DNA from: an archaeon
Lineage (GTDB): Archaea; Micrarchaeota; Micrarchaeia; Norongarragalinales; UBA97
Assembly: GCA_020057405.1 (NCBI GenBank)
Contig: JAGVFW010000003.1
Coordinates: 1 to 64,000, forward strand
Direction: 5' to 3'
DNA length: 64,000 nt
Of the stretch, positions 27,483 through 36,894 are shown one piece after another. The position numbers and the translations under genes were made by a program. The notes beneath the pieces were generated by a model. The model was not told the DNA's origin. It made no database searches and saw only the letters and a list, made by a program, of their open reading frames with translations. Within the stretch, counting starts at the first letter, position 1, and every line of letters begins with the position of its first letter.

Positions 27483-27746
27483 ATGAACGTTGAATTCATC
27501 TCAAAGGAAAAGGATTTCATCGAAGCGAAGCTCGAGGGCGCCGACGAGGGCCTCGCGAACATGGTTGTTGAGAAGCTCTTGGGCCGAAAGACTGTGAAGT
27601 ACGCGGCCTGCTCGCTTGTCCACCCGCTCATCCCTGTTCCAGTCATCCGCGTGCGCGCGGCTGACGCGAAAAAAGAGCTCATCGCCGCGATTGAGGAAGT
27701 CGAGGACGGCTTGAAGGCCACCTCAAAGTCGGCTGAAAAAATCTAG
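27483..27746 (+). CDS. rpoL: RNA polymerase subunit Rpo11 (L)
   Basis: VKYAACSLVHPL motif and the conserved csl4-rpoL adjacency. Confidence 0.88.
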   Translation: MNVEFISKEKDFIEAKLEGADEGLANMVVEKLLGRKTVKYAACSLVHPLIPVPVIRVRAADAKKELIAAIEEVEDGLKATSKSAEKI

Positions 27747-27804
27747 GCCGGTGGCCCAGCCTTTTAATCATTGACAGCCTAGTGACTAGCAGGGGAACTT
27801 TACT

Positions 27805-28593
27805 TTGATGCAAGCTGACTTTCTTACCACGAACAAGGCCTATGTCTTGGCCGCGCTCCTCGCACTCGCCGTCGCCGGCTTTAGCCTGACGCGCAACCCC
27901 GCTTTTGCGGTTGCGGGATTCGTGATTCTACTCGCACTAGTGCTGCACGACATTACGCCCTCTAAATGGAACGCCAAGGAATTGAAGAGGACGGCAGTCG
28001 AGCTCGTAATCGCCTTGGCCCTCGCCATTGGCGTGTGGATGGGCCTGCAGTTAGTGCTTAACAACAGCACGCCGGTTGACGTCGTGACTAGCTGCAGCAT
28101 GCTTCCCAACCTAGAGCGCGGCGACATGATTATCGTGCAGGGAAAGGAGCCGAAGACCACGCAAATTAATTTTACCGGCACGCTAGCCGACCTTGAAACC
28201 CAGCTGCGCGTGGTTAAAGAGCCGTGCATACTTCGCGAGAGCGGCGTGCCGGTCCAGGCGGCGTGCACGCAAGCGGTTGTCTACAAGGGCAGGCAATACC
28301 CGATGAATCCATCTAACGACGTCATAGTCTTTGACGCCGAGCCCCGCTTTTATGGCCTGATTGTGCACCGGGCTTTCGCGCGTTTGTCAAACGGCACTGA
28401 CTCGTTTTACCTGACTAAGGGTGACAACAACCTCGGCATCGACCAGGAGGCGGGCTTTTCCCCGGTGTCGGCGCGCGCGGTTAAGGGAACTGTCGTAAGC
28501 AGAGTGCCGTACGTCGGCTTCCTCAAGCTCTTCCTCTTCATGCAGTTTGACGAACCACAAGGATGCAAGCAACTGCTTGCGGGTGGCGAGTAA
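27805..28593 (+). CDS. Signal peptidase I (S26B/Sec11 type)
   Basis: VVTSCSMLPNLERGD, IVHR and TKGDNN motifs. Confidence 0.92.
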   Translation: MMQADFLTTNKAYVLAALLALAVAGFSLTRNPAFAVAGFVILLALVLHDITPSKWNAKELKRTAVELVIALALAIGVWMGLQLVLNNSTPVDVVTSCSMLPNLERGDMIIVQGKEPKTTQINFTGTLADLETQLRVVKEPCILRESGVPVQAACTQAVVYKGRQYPMNPSNDVIVFDAEPRFYGLIVHRAFARLSNGTDSFYLTKGDNNLGIDQEAGFSPVSARAVKGTVVSRVPYVGFLKLFLFMQFDEPQGCKQLLAGGE

Positions 28594-28825
28594 CTTGCGC
28601 GTGATTGGCAAAGTCGTCGGGGAAGGCGACGGCAAGACCATAGAATCGCACGGCAAGACGTATTCTCTAGAAAACGCAGGCGCCCTTGAGTCGGGCCTTG
28701 TTTATCGCATCATTGGAACGCTTTCAGGAAGCGAGCTAAGAGTCGAGATGGCGCGCAAGCTTGAAGCGTTTGACTTGCCGCTTTACGAGCGCGCCCTTGG
28801 CGCGGCGCTAAAGAAGAGCGGCTAG
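28583..28825 (+). CDS. Small OB-fold-like protein (possibly an RPA small subunit)
   Basis: LRVIGKVV...YRIIG...FDLPLYE pattern; GTG start overlapping the upstream gene. Confidence 0.5.
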   Translation: MASNLRVIGKVVGEGDGKTIESHGKTYSLENAGALESGLVYRIIGTLSGSELRVEMARKLEAFDLPLYERALGAALKKSG

Positions 28826-28891
28826 CACCACCCCCGTGCATTTTGGCGGGTACCGCAATCTTATTAGCCGTCCAATTCAATTCTTGGTAAT

Positions 28892-29302
28892 ATGGCGATT
28901 ACCCACTCTTGGAGCAGGAAAATTCCATACCGGCAGCTTGACGCGCTTTTCAAAGCGGTGGGCTGGCGGGGAAGGGGCCAATCCAAGTGGCGGACGGTCT
29001 TACGCCGCACCAACCACGCCTACTCGCTTTGGGACGGGAGCAAGCTCGTAGGATTCGGCAGGCTGTTTTACGACGGGGCGATGTGCGGCTACTTCGACAT
29101 CTCCGTACGCCCGAAATACCAGGGGCGGGGCTTGGGCTCGCAAATAATGAAGGCGCTTGAGAAAAAAGTGGAGGGAAAGGGATTCGCCGAAGTCTTCCTG
29201 TTCCCTTGGGAGAAAAACCCTGGCGCAGTCAAGTTCTACCAGGAACACGGCTTTGTCAAGCACTCCGGGATGATACTAAAACGCCATTCGAACCCAGAAT
29301 GA
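28892..29302 (+). CDS. GNAT acetyltransferase
   Basis: VRPKYQGRGLG and AVKFYQEHGF motifs. Confidence 0.92.
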   Translation: MAITHSWSRKIPYRQLDALFKAVGWRGRGQSKWRTVLRRTNHAYSLWDGSKLVGFGRLFYDGAMCGYFDISVRPKYQGRGLGSQIMKALEKKVEGKGFAEVFLFPWEKNPGAVKFYQEHGFVKHSGMILKRHSNPE

Positions 29303-29380
29303 TTTTTCTTGCGCTTGAACTCAGCCGAGGCTGGAATACCCTTTAATAATCTTGTCCCGCCAACTCTATGCGGTGGAAGT

Positions 29381-30133
29381 ATGGCTATGCAACTGGTCGT
29401 AAGCGACGCTAAGTTTTTCAAATCCTGCATCGACGCGGTTGGCAACCTCGTTGACGAGGGCACTTTCGAAGTAAATGCCAACGGCATGCACCTTCGAAAC
29501 ATGGACCCCTCGCAGATTGCGATGGTTGACTTCAACCTGCCGAAGGAGGCTTTTGAGAAGTTCTCGGCAGAAGATGGGGCTGGCCTCGGGATTAACTTGC
29601 TTGACTTGGGCAAGGTTTTGGCGCGGGCGCGCTCGGATGAGAAGCTCACTATTTCGATGGACGAGAAAGACAACAAGCTGCTCCTTGAGTTTGTCGGCGA
29701 CAGCAAGCGCAACTTCAAGATGCCTCTCCTTGACCTTGGCGGCGTGCCGCCCAAGGAGCCGAAAATTACTTTCGACGCTCACGTCAAGATGAGGGCTGGG
29801 GCGTTTAAGGAAATGCTCAAAGACGCGGGCTTACTTTCGAGCCACGTCGTGCTTCAGGCCGACGGCGACTCGCTTTTGATTGAGGCGCACGGCGATTCAG
29901 GTGACCTCGTCATTGACACGAAGAAGGGCGCCGGGAGCGTTTCCGAATTCAAGACGTCGGCAAAGGCGCGCGCGATGTATCCCTTCGAGTACCTCGATGA
30001 CATCACGCGGGCCGCGCAAGAGGACTCCACGATAACGATTGAGCTAAAAAGCGACGCCCCTGTGCGCGTCAGCTACGAGATTGGCAAGGCTAAGCTGGCC
30101 TACTACCTGGCCCCAAGGGTCGAAACGATTTGA
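29381..30133 (+). CDS. pcn: DNA sliding clamp PCNA
   Basis: MDPSQIAMVDF, GINL and YYLAPRVE motifs. Confidence 0.97.
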   Translation: MAMQLVVSDAKFFKSCIDAVGNLVDEGTFEVNANGMHLRNMDPSQIAMVDFNLPKEAFEKFSAEDGAGLGINLLDLGKVLARARSDEKLTISMDEKDNKLLLEFVGDSKRNFKMPLLDLGGVPPKEPKITFDAHVKMRAGAFKEMLKDAGLLSSHVVLQADGDSLLIEAHGDSGDLVIDTKKGAGSVSEFKTSAKARAMYPFEYLDDITRAAQEDSTITIELKSDAPVRVSYEIGKAKLAYYLAPRVETI

Positions 30134-30828
30134 AGGCCCTAGTTTTAATCGCACTCTTTTCGCTCTTGCTAGCGGGCTGCACGCAAGCCCCTAAAGACAC
30201 TAGCAACCTCGAATCGACAATCAGCCCTGGCGGGCTAAACATTGAAGGCGGCGCAAAGGCCGGCAGCTTAGTCAAAGTCGATTACGTGGGCTCGCTTGCC
30301 AACGGCACTGTCTTTGACACGAGTGTCGAGTCGGAAGCCAAGAAAGCGGGCTTGGTTTTGAGGCCGGCTTACGCCCCATTGCCGTTTACTGTTGGCGCGG
30401 GGCAGATGATTGCAGGTTTTGACAAGGCAGTTGTCGGCATGAAGGTCGGCGAGGAAAAGACGATTACGATACCTCCAGAAGACGCTTACGGGCCGGTGCA
30501 GCAAAACCTCATGACCACAGTCACACAGCCACCGCAGCCAATTGTTACCGTCGAACTCTCGCAGTTCGGCGCTGACGCACCCACGCTCAATCCGGGTGCT
30601 GACGTCTCAACCGCAACTGGGGCGCCGGGTAAAGTCGTTTCAGTCAACGCCACCCACGTCGTAATCGACTTTAGCCTGAAAGTCGGCATGTCGGAGAGGC
30701 TCCCGGACGGAAGTATTGGCAAAATCGTTTCGGCAAACGCCACTAGCGCGGTTGTCGACTTCAACCACGAGCTTGCAGGAAAAACGCTTATTTTCAAGAT
30801 TACAATGCGCGAAATCAAGCCAGCGTAA
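30130..30828 (+). CDS. FKBP-type PPIase lipoprotein with duplicated insert-in-flap segment
   Basis: LLAGC lipobox, VDYVGSLANGTVFDTS, GQMIAGFD, PPEDAYG and DFNHELAGKTL. Confidence 0.92.
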   Translation: MKALVLIALFSLLLAGCTQAPKDTSNLESTISPGGLNIEGGAKAGSLVKVDYVGSLANGTVFDTSVESEAKKAGLVLRPAYAPLPFTVGAGQMIAGFDKAVVGMKVGEEKTITIPPEDAYGPVQQNLMTTVTQPPQPIVTVELSQFGADAPTLNPGADVSTATGAPGKVVSVNATHVVIDFSLKVGMSERLPDGSIGKIVSANATSAVVDFNHELAGKTLIFKITMREIKPA

Positions 30829-30879
30829 ATCTAGCGAACGGATTATTAACCTGACTTAGCTTTAGCTTGATTGATTTAG

Positions 30880-31908
30880 ATGCCAAACCGACCCGCTTTT
30901 CACCGTCACTCCACTAGCTTGGGAGAGATTGCACGGCACATTGGTGCAGATGCTGAACTGTTGGGTTTCGTTATTGAAAAGGCAAACAAAAAAGCCAAAA
31001 AAGTCGTTCGAAACACAGTAGAGAAAATACCGGTTATCCCACTCTACAAGCACGATGAAAATGGAAGGATGATTCGGGATATTGAAGACATCAGGGTTCC
31101 CAATGTGCTCGTCCGGAGCATCTTGCTTGCAACAGCTAGTGGCATTGCACCCGGCTCAAGTGAATACATCGCCTCTAGTGCAGCCGAAATAATGGCAAAA
31201 CACAACTGGAATATGAAGGAAATTGAGGAAGCCGGCCAAAAAATGCACGTCGGGACAATACTCAGCCATACAGAAAAATACGAAATTCCAAGGGCAATTG
31301 TGCTTGCCCGAGTCACGCCGGTTAAGCAAACAAAGCCCATACCGGACCTTACTCATGATAGCGGAAAATCACCAGACAAGCCAGCGGAAATTGGGGCTAA
31401 GCCAGCTAAAGTTGCAAAGCCGGCCCCACCAAATGCTGATACAGAAAAAACTGAGCAAAAAACGACCACTACGAAAAAGGCTCTGACTCCCGAGCAAGAA
31501 GCAGCAGTAATTAGAGCCAGTCTTCCCGAAAGCCTTCACGCACTCAAGTTCATCGAGTACATACGCACCATAGGATCCGGAAATAATCCGTGGATTGCAA
31601 GAAAGACTTTTGTCGATCAGGTAGCAGCCATATTGAATCACGCACCGGATGTTGAGCAAGGAAAGGAGGCTATCAACCTGTACACTCAAGTCGTTCGTGA
31701 AGCTTATTTTGACCATCCGGGCGGAACTGCTGCAAAATTGCACGACGTAATTCTCAAATCAAAGCCCAGGGACTGGGAAAAAGTGATTAGTCTCCTTAAG
31801 TTGCACCACGCGTATCCAGAAATCGTTAAAGATTATGTGCACCAACACAAAGTAAGTAATGGTTTGACTGAACTGCTTGCAATGTGCAAGAAACTCAGAC
31901 CAGTCTGA
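30880..31908 (+). CDS. Hypothetical protein (A-rich, atypical composition)
   Basis: 342 aa ORF with a central K/P/T-rich linker. Confidence 0.65.
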   Translation: MPNRPAFHRHSTSLGEIARHIGADAELLGFVIEKANKKAKKVVRNTVEKIPVIPLYKHDENGRMIRDIEDIRVPNVLVRSILLATASGIAPGSSEYIASSAAEIMAKHNWNMKEIEEAGQKMHVGTILSHTEKYEIPRAIVLARVTPVKQTKPIPDLTHDSGKSPDKPAEIGAKPAKVAKPAPPNADTEKTEQKTTTTKKALTPEQEAAVIRASLPESLHALKFIEYIRTIGSGNNPWIARKTFVDQVAAILNHAPDVEQGKEAINLYTQVVREAYFDHPGGTAAKLHDVILKSKPRDWEKVISLLKLHHAYPEIVKDYVHQHKVSNGLTELLAMCKKLRPV

Positions 31909-31910
31909 TT

Positions 31911-32276
31911 TCAGCAATATCTGCCGCGGCAAAAAGAGTTGCCGTAGCCCTCGTAGACGTCGCGAACGTACCTGCCGTTTTCATAACGCCAGCCAACTAG
32001 CCCTAGGCCGGGCGGCAGGGACTGTTGGTAGGAGTTTCTGAAGAAGCGATTGTTGTTGCCGTAAGTGCTAAAGGGCGCGGTTTCATAGTAGACGCAATTG
32101 TCGCGGTGAAAGCCGCCGCTGCAGTGGCCGTAGTCTAAGGCCGCGATTGAGGGAAGCGCTTTTGGCATCGCGGGATAGACCGGCGAGTCTCCTGAAACGG
32201 TCCAGAGGTAGGCGGATGCCTGCGGGGCAAGTGTTGCGAAGAGAACGAAAGCAAACGCGATTTTTCCTAGTTTCAT
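31911..32276 (-). CDS. Secreted Tyr/Gly-rich protein
   Basis: Signal peptide ending ASA-Y, four Cys, GGGAGGGGAG SD. Confidence 0.7.
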   Translation of the reverse strand: MKLGKIAFAFVLFATLAPQASAYLWTVSGDSPVYPAMPKALPSIAALDYGHCSGGFHRDNCVYYETAPFSTYGNNNRFFRNSYQQSLPPGLGLVGWRYENGRYVRDVYEGYGNSFCRGRYC

Positions 32277-32291
32277 TTTTCTCCCCTCCCT

Positions 32292-32702
32292 TTAGCACCA
32301 GTAGCCATAGCACACGCCGGTTGAGTAGCGCGGGCCGTAAGAGTAGTAGCCGCCGTAGCCCCCGCGGCCGTAGTAGTAGTCATCGTAGGCTGCGACGGGC
32401 TGGTAGTTGCCGTTGTAGGACGGGTTGTAGTAAGAGGCGTAGTAGGAGTTGGCGCCGTAGTTGGAACCACCGTAATAGCCGTAGCCATAGTTTGAGCCGT
32501 AAGCGTAACCTGAACCGTAGACGCTTGGAGTGTAGCCGACGGGATAGCCGCCGTAGCAGTTGTAGCAACCCGAATAGTAGTTGCCGTTATTGCCCGAGGA
32601 ATAGTAGGCGTAACCGTTTGAGTCGTAGTAACCGAAGGAATAGCCGTATGCCGACGCGAAAGCGGCGATTGACAGCGCAAAGACAAGGAAAGCGAACTTC
32701 AT
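32292..32702 (-). CDS. Secreted Tyr/Gly/Asn low-complexity protein
   Basis: Signal peptide ending ASA-Y, YG-rich mature region, C-terminal CYGYWC. Confidence 0.75.
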   Translation of the reverse strand: MKFAFLVFALSIAAFASAYGYSFGYYDSNGYAYYSSGNNGNYYSGCYNCYGGYPVGYTPSVYGSGYAYGSNYGYGYYGGSNYGANSYYASYYNPSYNGNYQPVAAYDDYYYGRGGYGGYYSYGPRYSTGVCYGYWC

Positions 32703-32842
32703 TTCAACCCACCCTGACTATAATTCGGCCTAGTCCCGACTTAAAAGCCTTTTCCGCGTGACGCGAACAAGAAAAGCAAGCCGGAAAGGCCGGCAACCTA
32801 CTGCCTGACCGCATTATGAATAACCAAAGACTTTTTTGACTC

Positions 32843-33820
32843 GTGACCATCTTTCCTCAACAACCGGCCGTGCCCATAGCTAACTTCATACCCATTATCT
32901 GCAAGAAAATTCGGATAGCTACTGCTCGGAACCGCTTGCTGGAAATTCACGCAAAGAAATTCACAACATACGCGCGCGGAGCTAGGAAGATGGGATATCC
33001 GGAAAGCGTATACCGACGGTACGTTGTTGGAGAAGTGCCATACTCGGTTAAGTTCTTGATAGACTTTTGCGAACAATCCGACGCCGCGCACTTATTGGAC
33101 GAAATCTATCACGAAAACGGCCTCGCCTTTACTGCCAAAAAGGAAAGGGTAATACTTCCGAAAAGCGTGACGCCGTCCCTTGCCTATTTCGTCGGATACT
33201 TGCTCGGAGACGGTTATCTGTGCACCGACGGCAAGCGAATAGAATTCATAGATGAAGATCAGTGCCAACTCGAACAAATAAGCAGTTTGGCCGAGAACTT
33301 GTTTGGCTTTCCGGGAATTCTGCGTGCGCGCCCCAACCCGCCTTCAACTAACAACATATTCCTGCTCACGCTTAGCCGGATAGCTATTCACTCGTTCCTA
33401 AACCTAGTCCTGGGAATACAGCCTGGAACAAAAATCAATTTAGGCATACCCCCACTCGTCAAGGGCAACCGGGAGCTGCTGCGGTGGTTCCCGAGGGGCG
33501 TTTTTGATGCTGACGGGACCTTGCCAAAAAATCCGGAAAAAGCGAAACAGCTTTTCATTGACATTGCTTTAAAAGACTTGAATTTCATAATAGAAATAAG
33601 GGAGGCTTTGGAGACATTTGGCGTGAAAACGCTTGAGCCTTACCCTAGAAAATCGCTATCACCTGCAACCGGAAAAAGCTGCGTAACTTGGGAATTACGA
33701 ATACGCCGGAAGGGAGAAATTTCAGAATTTCTCCACGAGATTGGATTCATTCACCCGAAGAAAATGGAAAGACAAGCAAGAACGATTGCTTTTATTGGGC
33801 CCGTAGCTCAGCCCGGATAG
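32843..33820 (+). CDS. Free-standing double-motif LAGLIDADG endonuclease-like protein, possibly decaying
   Basis: LAYFVGYLLGDG and WFPRGVFDADG motifs; its stop codon lies inside the tRNA. Confidence 0.85.
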   Translation: MTIFPQQPAVPIANFIPIICKKIRIATARNRLLEIHAKKFTTYARGARKMGYPESVYRRYVVGEVPYSVKFLIDFCEQSDAAHLLDEIYHENGLAFTAKKERVILPKSVTPSLAYFVGYLLGDGYLCTDGKRIEFIDEDQCQLEQISSLAENLFGFPGILRARPNPPSTNNIFLLTLSRIAIHSFLNLVLGIQPGTKINLGIPPLVKGNRELLRWFPRGVFDADGTLPKNPEKAKQLFIDIALKDLNFIIEIREALETFGVKTLEPYPRKSLSPATGKSCVTWELRIRRKGEISEFLHEIGFIHPKKMERQARTIAFIGPVAQPG

Positions 33821-33920
33821 AGCGACTGGAGACAAAAGCCAAGCTTCTGCCTCTCGCAAACCTCCTATCTCCGAGCTGGGAGAAAGTAGTAGGTCCCGCG
33901 TTCAAATCGCGGCGGGCCCG
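33797..33920 (+). tRNA. tRNA-Arg(CCU) with two introns (29/30: 33828-33859; 37/38: 33868-33884)
   Basis: Acceptor GGGCCCG/CGGGCCC, D-arm GCUC/GAGC, T-arm CCGCG-UUCAAAU-CGCGG; spliced anticodon arm ACUAC-CU-CCU-AA-GUAGU; BHB-type motifs at both introns. Confidence 0.9.
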
Positions 33921-34007
33921 CTAAACCTTTTTTCCTCCCCTTGAGTCCGAAACTCACGGTTTTTATTGCTCGCTCCGTAATGAATACCGCTTTGGAAGGG
34001 GCGGTTT

Positions 34008-36020
34008 ATGGCGGAGCAAATTGTCCTAGTTGACCTAGGAATCATCGTTCTTGTTGCGCTAGTGTGTGGCATCGTCTTTAGCAGGCTACGCCAGAACAGC
34101 GCCCTTGGCTACATCCTGGCTGGCGTCATCCTCGGGCCCCTTGCGCTAAAGTACTTAGTGCCGGGCACTGGGCTCGCACCGCTTTTCGGCGAGCTTGGCG
34201 TAATAATGATTCTGTTCTACCTGGGCCTTGAGCTTAACATGCACAAGCTTAAGCAAACGGGCGCCATTTCAGCCGTGCTTGCCGTTGCCCAGATGACGGT
34301 AACTTTCGCACTTGGATTCATGGTCGGAAAACTCTTTGGCTTTGGCAACATCGAGAGCATGGTCCTTGGGGCGATGATTGTCGCAACGAGCACGGTCATC
34401 ATATCCAGGTTCCTGATCGAACGCGGGGTTATCGAACGCGTGGACTCGCACATTGCGCTCGGCATTCTCATGTTCCAGGACTTTTTTGCAATCTTCATCC
34501 TCGTTTTGCTAACCAGCCTGGGGGCCGAAAAGTCGCTCAACACGGTTGTGCTAAACGCGCTTCTCTTCATGATTGGCATGTTCTTCATCGTGAGTAAGGC
34601 AAGCCGCCATATCCTGAATTTCTTGCACTCACTTGGCCACGGCGACAAGATGGTGTTCTACGCAATCGGCGTGGGGGTTGTCGCAAGCTATGCCGGAGTG
34701 CTCCTCGGCCTAAGCTCGGCATTGGGAGCGTTCTTCGCGGGCTTTGCCCTTGCAGAGAGCCAGTATGGCGAGCGCATCAAGCGCGAGCTTGGCTTCATCA
34801 GGGAGTTCTTCGTGCTGTTTTTCTTCGTGAGCTTCGGCTCGACTCTGTTCTACGATTTTGAATTAGGCGCGGCCGTGGTGCCAGCCCTCCCGGCGCTCCT
34901 GCCGCTCGTTGCAATCGCCATCACACTCGTAGTCGTTTACCTAATCGGCTCGTCACTGGCACTCTACCTAACCGGCACGCTGATGGGTCTTGACAAGTAT
35001 TCTACGGGCACCATCGCCATGCTGATGACGACGCTCGGGGAATTCGTCATCATCATCGCAAACGCTTCCAGGCCGCTCGTCGATAAGGCGGGGTTTGACG
35101 CTCTTGTGACAATAGGGTTCATGCTCATCATCTTCACTTCACCCCTGACCCCCGTACTCTATGACAACAACAAGAAAATCACCGACTGGTTCTTCTCGCT
35201 CTTGCCAAAGCCCATAAGGAAGGTATTAGACCGCGCCCACGGCGGCGTAGCGCGGCTTGAATCTGCTTCGCACAACCCGATTCTTCACGACCATTACGTC
35301 GTTTCGATGGAGCAGATTGGCAAGCACCTGCTCGTCGCCTTCAGCATCGTGTACTTGAGCATTGCAATCAATGAACAGTTGCCGCAGCTTGGCACCGAGA
35401 TTCTCCCGCGCGAGTTGTCAGTAGGCTTCCTCGTGCTATTGCTCGTCACATGGCCGCTGTACCGCCTCGTCGTCGAGCTGCGCGCCCTTGTCGAGGGGGT
35501 TACGCGCCACTTCATCCACTCGGCGTTTCCGGCAGTGAAAAGAAGCGAGCTTTACATCGAGGACGAGATTGCCGATGTCTTCACCGGCATTTTACTCACG
35601 CTCATCGGCATCGTCGGGGCGGCAATTATCTACTCGACGTTCCCCAAACAGCCGTACTTCCTAATCGCGCCGGTTGCCTACACCATGCTCGCGCTCATGC
35701 AGCTTTCCCGCTCGTTCTATTCCCTCGTTGAGCACTATGAAACGCTCAACTTTCTTTCGGGTGGTGACGCGCCGGCTGACGCCCGCGTCAAGGCGATGGG
35801 CCGCGAGTTCGAGGAGCACTCAAGGCGCTTTAGGATGATTCACGCCGAGCGCGAGCGCGTAACTGAACTCGTGCGCGAGGCCCTTAGACAAAACGACATG
35901 GCGCGCGTGCGAAACCTGCTTATCCACCTCAAGCGCAGCGAGGGCCGCATCCTGGCCGGCATTTCGGAGAAGAAGGGCGAGCACATGCGCCGCTATCTTC
36001 TTAAACAGGCCAAGCCCTAG
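34008..36020 (+). CDS. Cation:proton antiporter (CPA2/Kef-like) with C-terminal extension
   Basis: GYILAGVILGP, LFYLGLE, ILMFQD, LGAFFAG and FFVSFG motifs. Confidence 0.92.
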   Translation: MAEQIVLVDLGIIVLVALVCGIVFSRLRQNSALGYILAGVILGPLALKYLVPGTGLAPLFGELGVIMILFYLGLELNMHKLKQTGAISAVLAVAQMTVTFALGFMVGKLFGFGNIESMVLGAMIVATSTVIISRFLIERGVIERVDSHIALGILMFQDFFAIFILVLLTSLGAEKSLNTVVLNALLFMIGMFFIVSKASRHILNFLHSLGHGDKMVFYAIGVGVVASYAGVLLGLSSALGAFFAGFALAESQYGERIKRELGFIREFFVLFFFVSFGSTLFYDFELGAAVVPALPALLPLVAIAITLVVVYLIGSSLALYLTGTLMGLDKYSTGTIAMLMTTLGEFVIIIANASRPLVDKAGFDALVTIGFMLIIFTSPLTPVLYDNNKKITDWFFSLLPKPIRKVLDRAHGGVARLESASHNPILHDHYVVSMEQIGKHLLVAFSIVYLSIAINEQLPQLGTEILPRELSVGFLVLLLVTWPLYRLVVELRALVEGVTRHFIHSAFPAVKRSELYIEDEIADVFTGILLTLIGIVGAAIIYSTFPKQPYFLIAPVAYTMLALMQLSRSFYSLVEHYETLNFLSGGDAPADARVKAMGREFEEHSRRFRMIHAERERVTELVREALRQNDMARVRNLLIHLKRSEGRILAGISEKKGEHMRRYLLKQAKP

Positions 36021-36022
36021 TA

Positions 36023-36709
36023 GTGATGCAAATGGATGACTCGCAATTAAAAGCAGGCCTCGATGACGTGCGGGCGGCGGTCCTCGCCCTTACCGACAGG
36101 CTGGCGATTAGCATGCGCGGGCTTGAGACCGCAAGCAGTGAACTGCAGGAACTCTCAAGCGAGATGCGCAAGATGCAGCGGGAAATGGCGTCGCACAAGG
36201 CAACCGAGCTGCCGGACTCGCTCCTCTCACTGCCGCTAAAAGTAGACGCGACGATGGCCTCGCAGGCGAGGCTCGTCAACACACTTGATGAAATGCGGCA
36301 CGGCCTCGAGCAGTTGTCGCTCCAGGTCGAGGCAAGCGCAACGAAGAGCGAAAAAGGCGGGGCGGTAAAGGAGCTTGTCGGGGCGGCCCTTGACGAGAAG
36401 CTCGTGATGCTTGCCAAAATCGACGCGGAAACTCTTGAGCAGGCGCGGCGGAACGGAGCCGAACTCGAAGAAAAACTTATTCCGCTTGCCACGCTTGGCG
36501 CCGAGACGCTTGAGCAGACGCGGCGCAACAACGAGGCGCTAGTCAAGCTCGTCGAGAGCCAGAACATCCAGAACGAAGTGCTTGGCGAGACCCTCGGAGC
36601 GCTGCTTGAACTAACTGAACACGTAAAAGCCCGCGTCGAGAAGCTTCCCGAAAAGAAGGAACTCGAGGAAGAAGTCGAGCGGGACATTGCAAAGAAGCTC
36701 TCCGAATAA
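36023..36709 (+). CDS. Coiled-coil protein with internal repeat
   Basis: EKLVMLAKIDAETLEQARRN / EKLIPLATLGAETLEQTRRN repeat. Confidence 0.7.
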   Translation: MMQMDDSQLKAGLDDVRAAVLALTDRLAISMRGLETASSELQELSSEMRKMQREMASHKATELPDSLLSLPLKVDATMASQARLVNTLDEMRHGLEQLSLQVEASATKSEKGGAVKELVGAALDEKLVMLAKIDAETLEQARRNGAELEEKLIPLATLGAETLEQTRRNNEALVKLVESQNIQNEVLGETLGALLELTEHVKARVEKLPEKKELEEEVERDIAKKLSE

Positions 36710-36715
36710 TATAAG

Positions 36716-36832
36716 ATGGCTTGCAAGGACGTCGGGCTCAACTACTTCCAATTCAACACTACCGACGAGTTCAACTGGACCGCGCAAACACCCGACCGAA
36801 ACTTCACGGTGTTCAAGTCGGGAACTTGCTAG
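36716..36832 (+). CDS. 38-aa small ORF or gene remnant
   Basis: MACKDVGLNYFQFNTTDEFNWTAQTPDRNFTVFKSGTC with coding-like codons; not in the ORF track. Confidence 0.35.
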   Translation: MACKDVGLNYFQFNTTDEFNWTAQTPDRNFTVFKSGTC

Positions 36833-36894
36833 CTGCTTCAAACAGTCTTTTCGACAAGGCAAAATAGCAGCCGGGTATTGGGACGGCTAGCAAC

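Noticed and set aside
32843-33820. Intein or intron-encoded endonuclease
   Set aside because: No Hint motifs (N-terminal Cys, C-terminal His-Asn), no interrupted host gene, and the ORF lies outside the tRNA introns
33797-33920. tRNA-Glu(CUC), Arg(UCU) or Arg(CCG) readings
   Set aside because: Only the CCU reading gives two BHB-type motifs and a fully Watson-Crick anticodon stem
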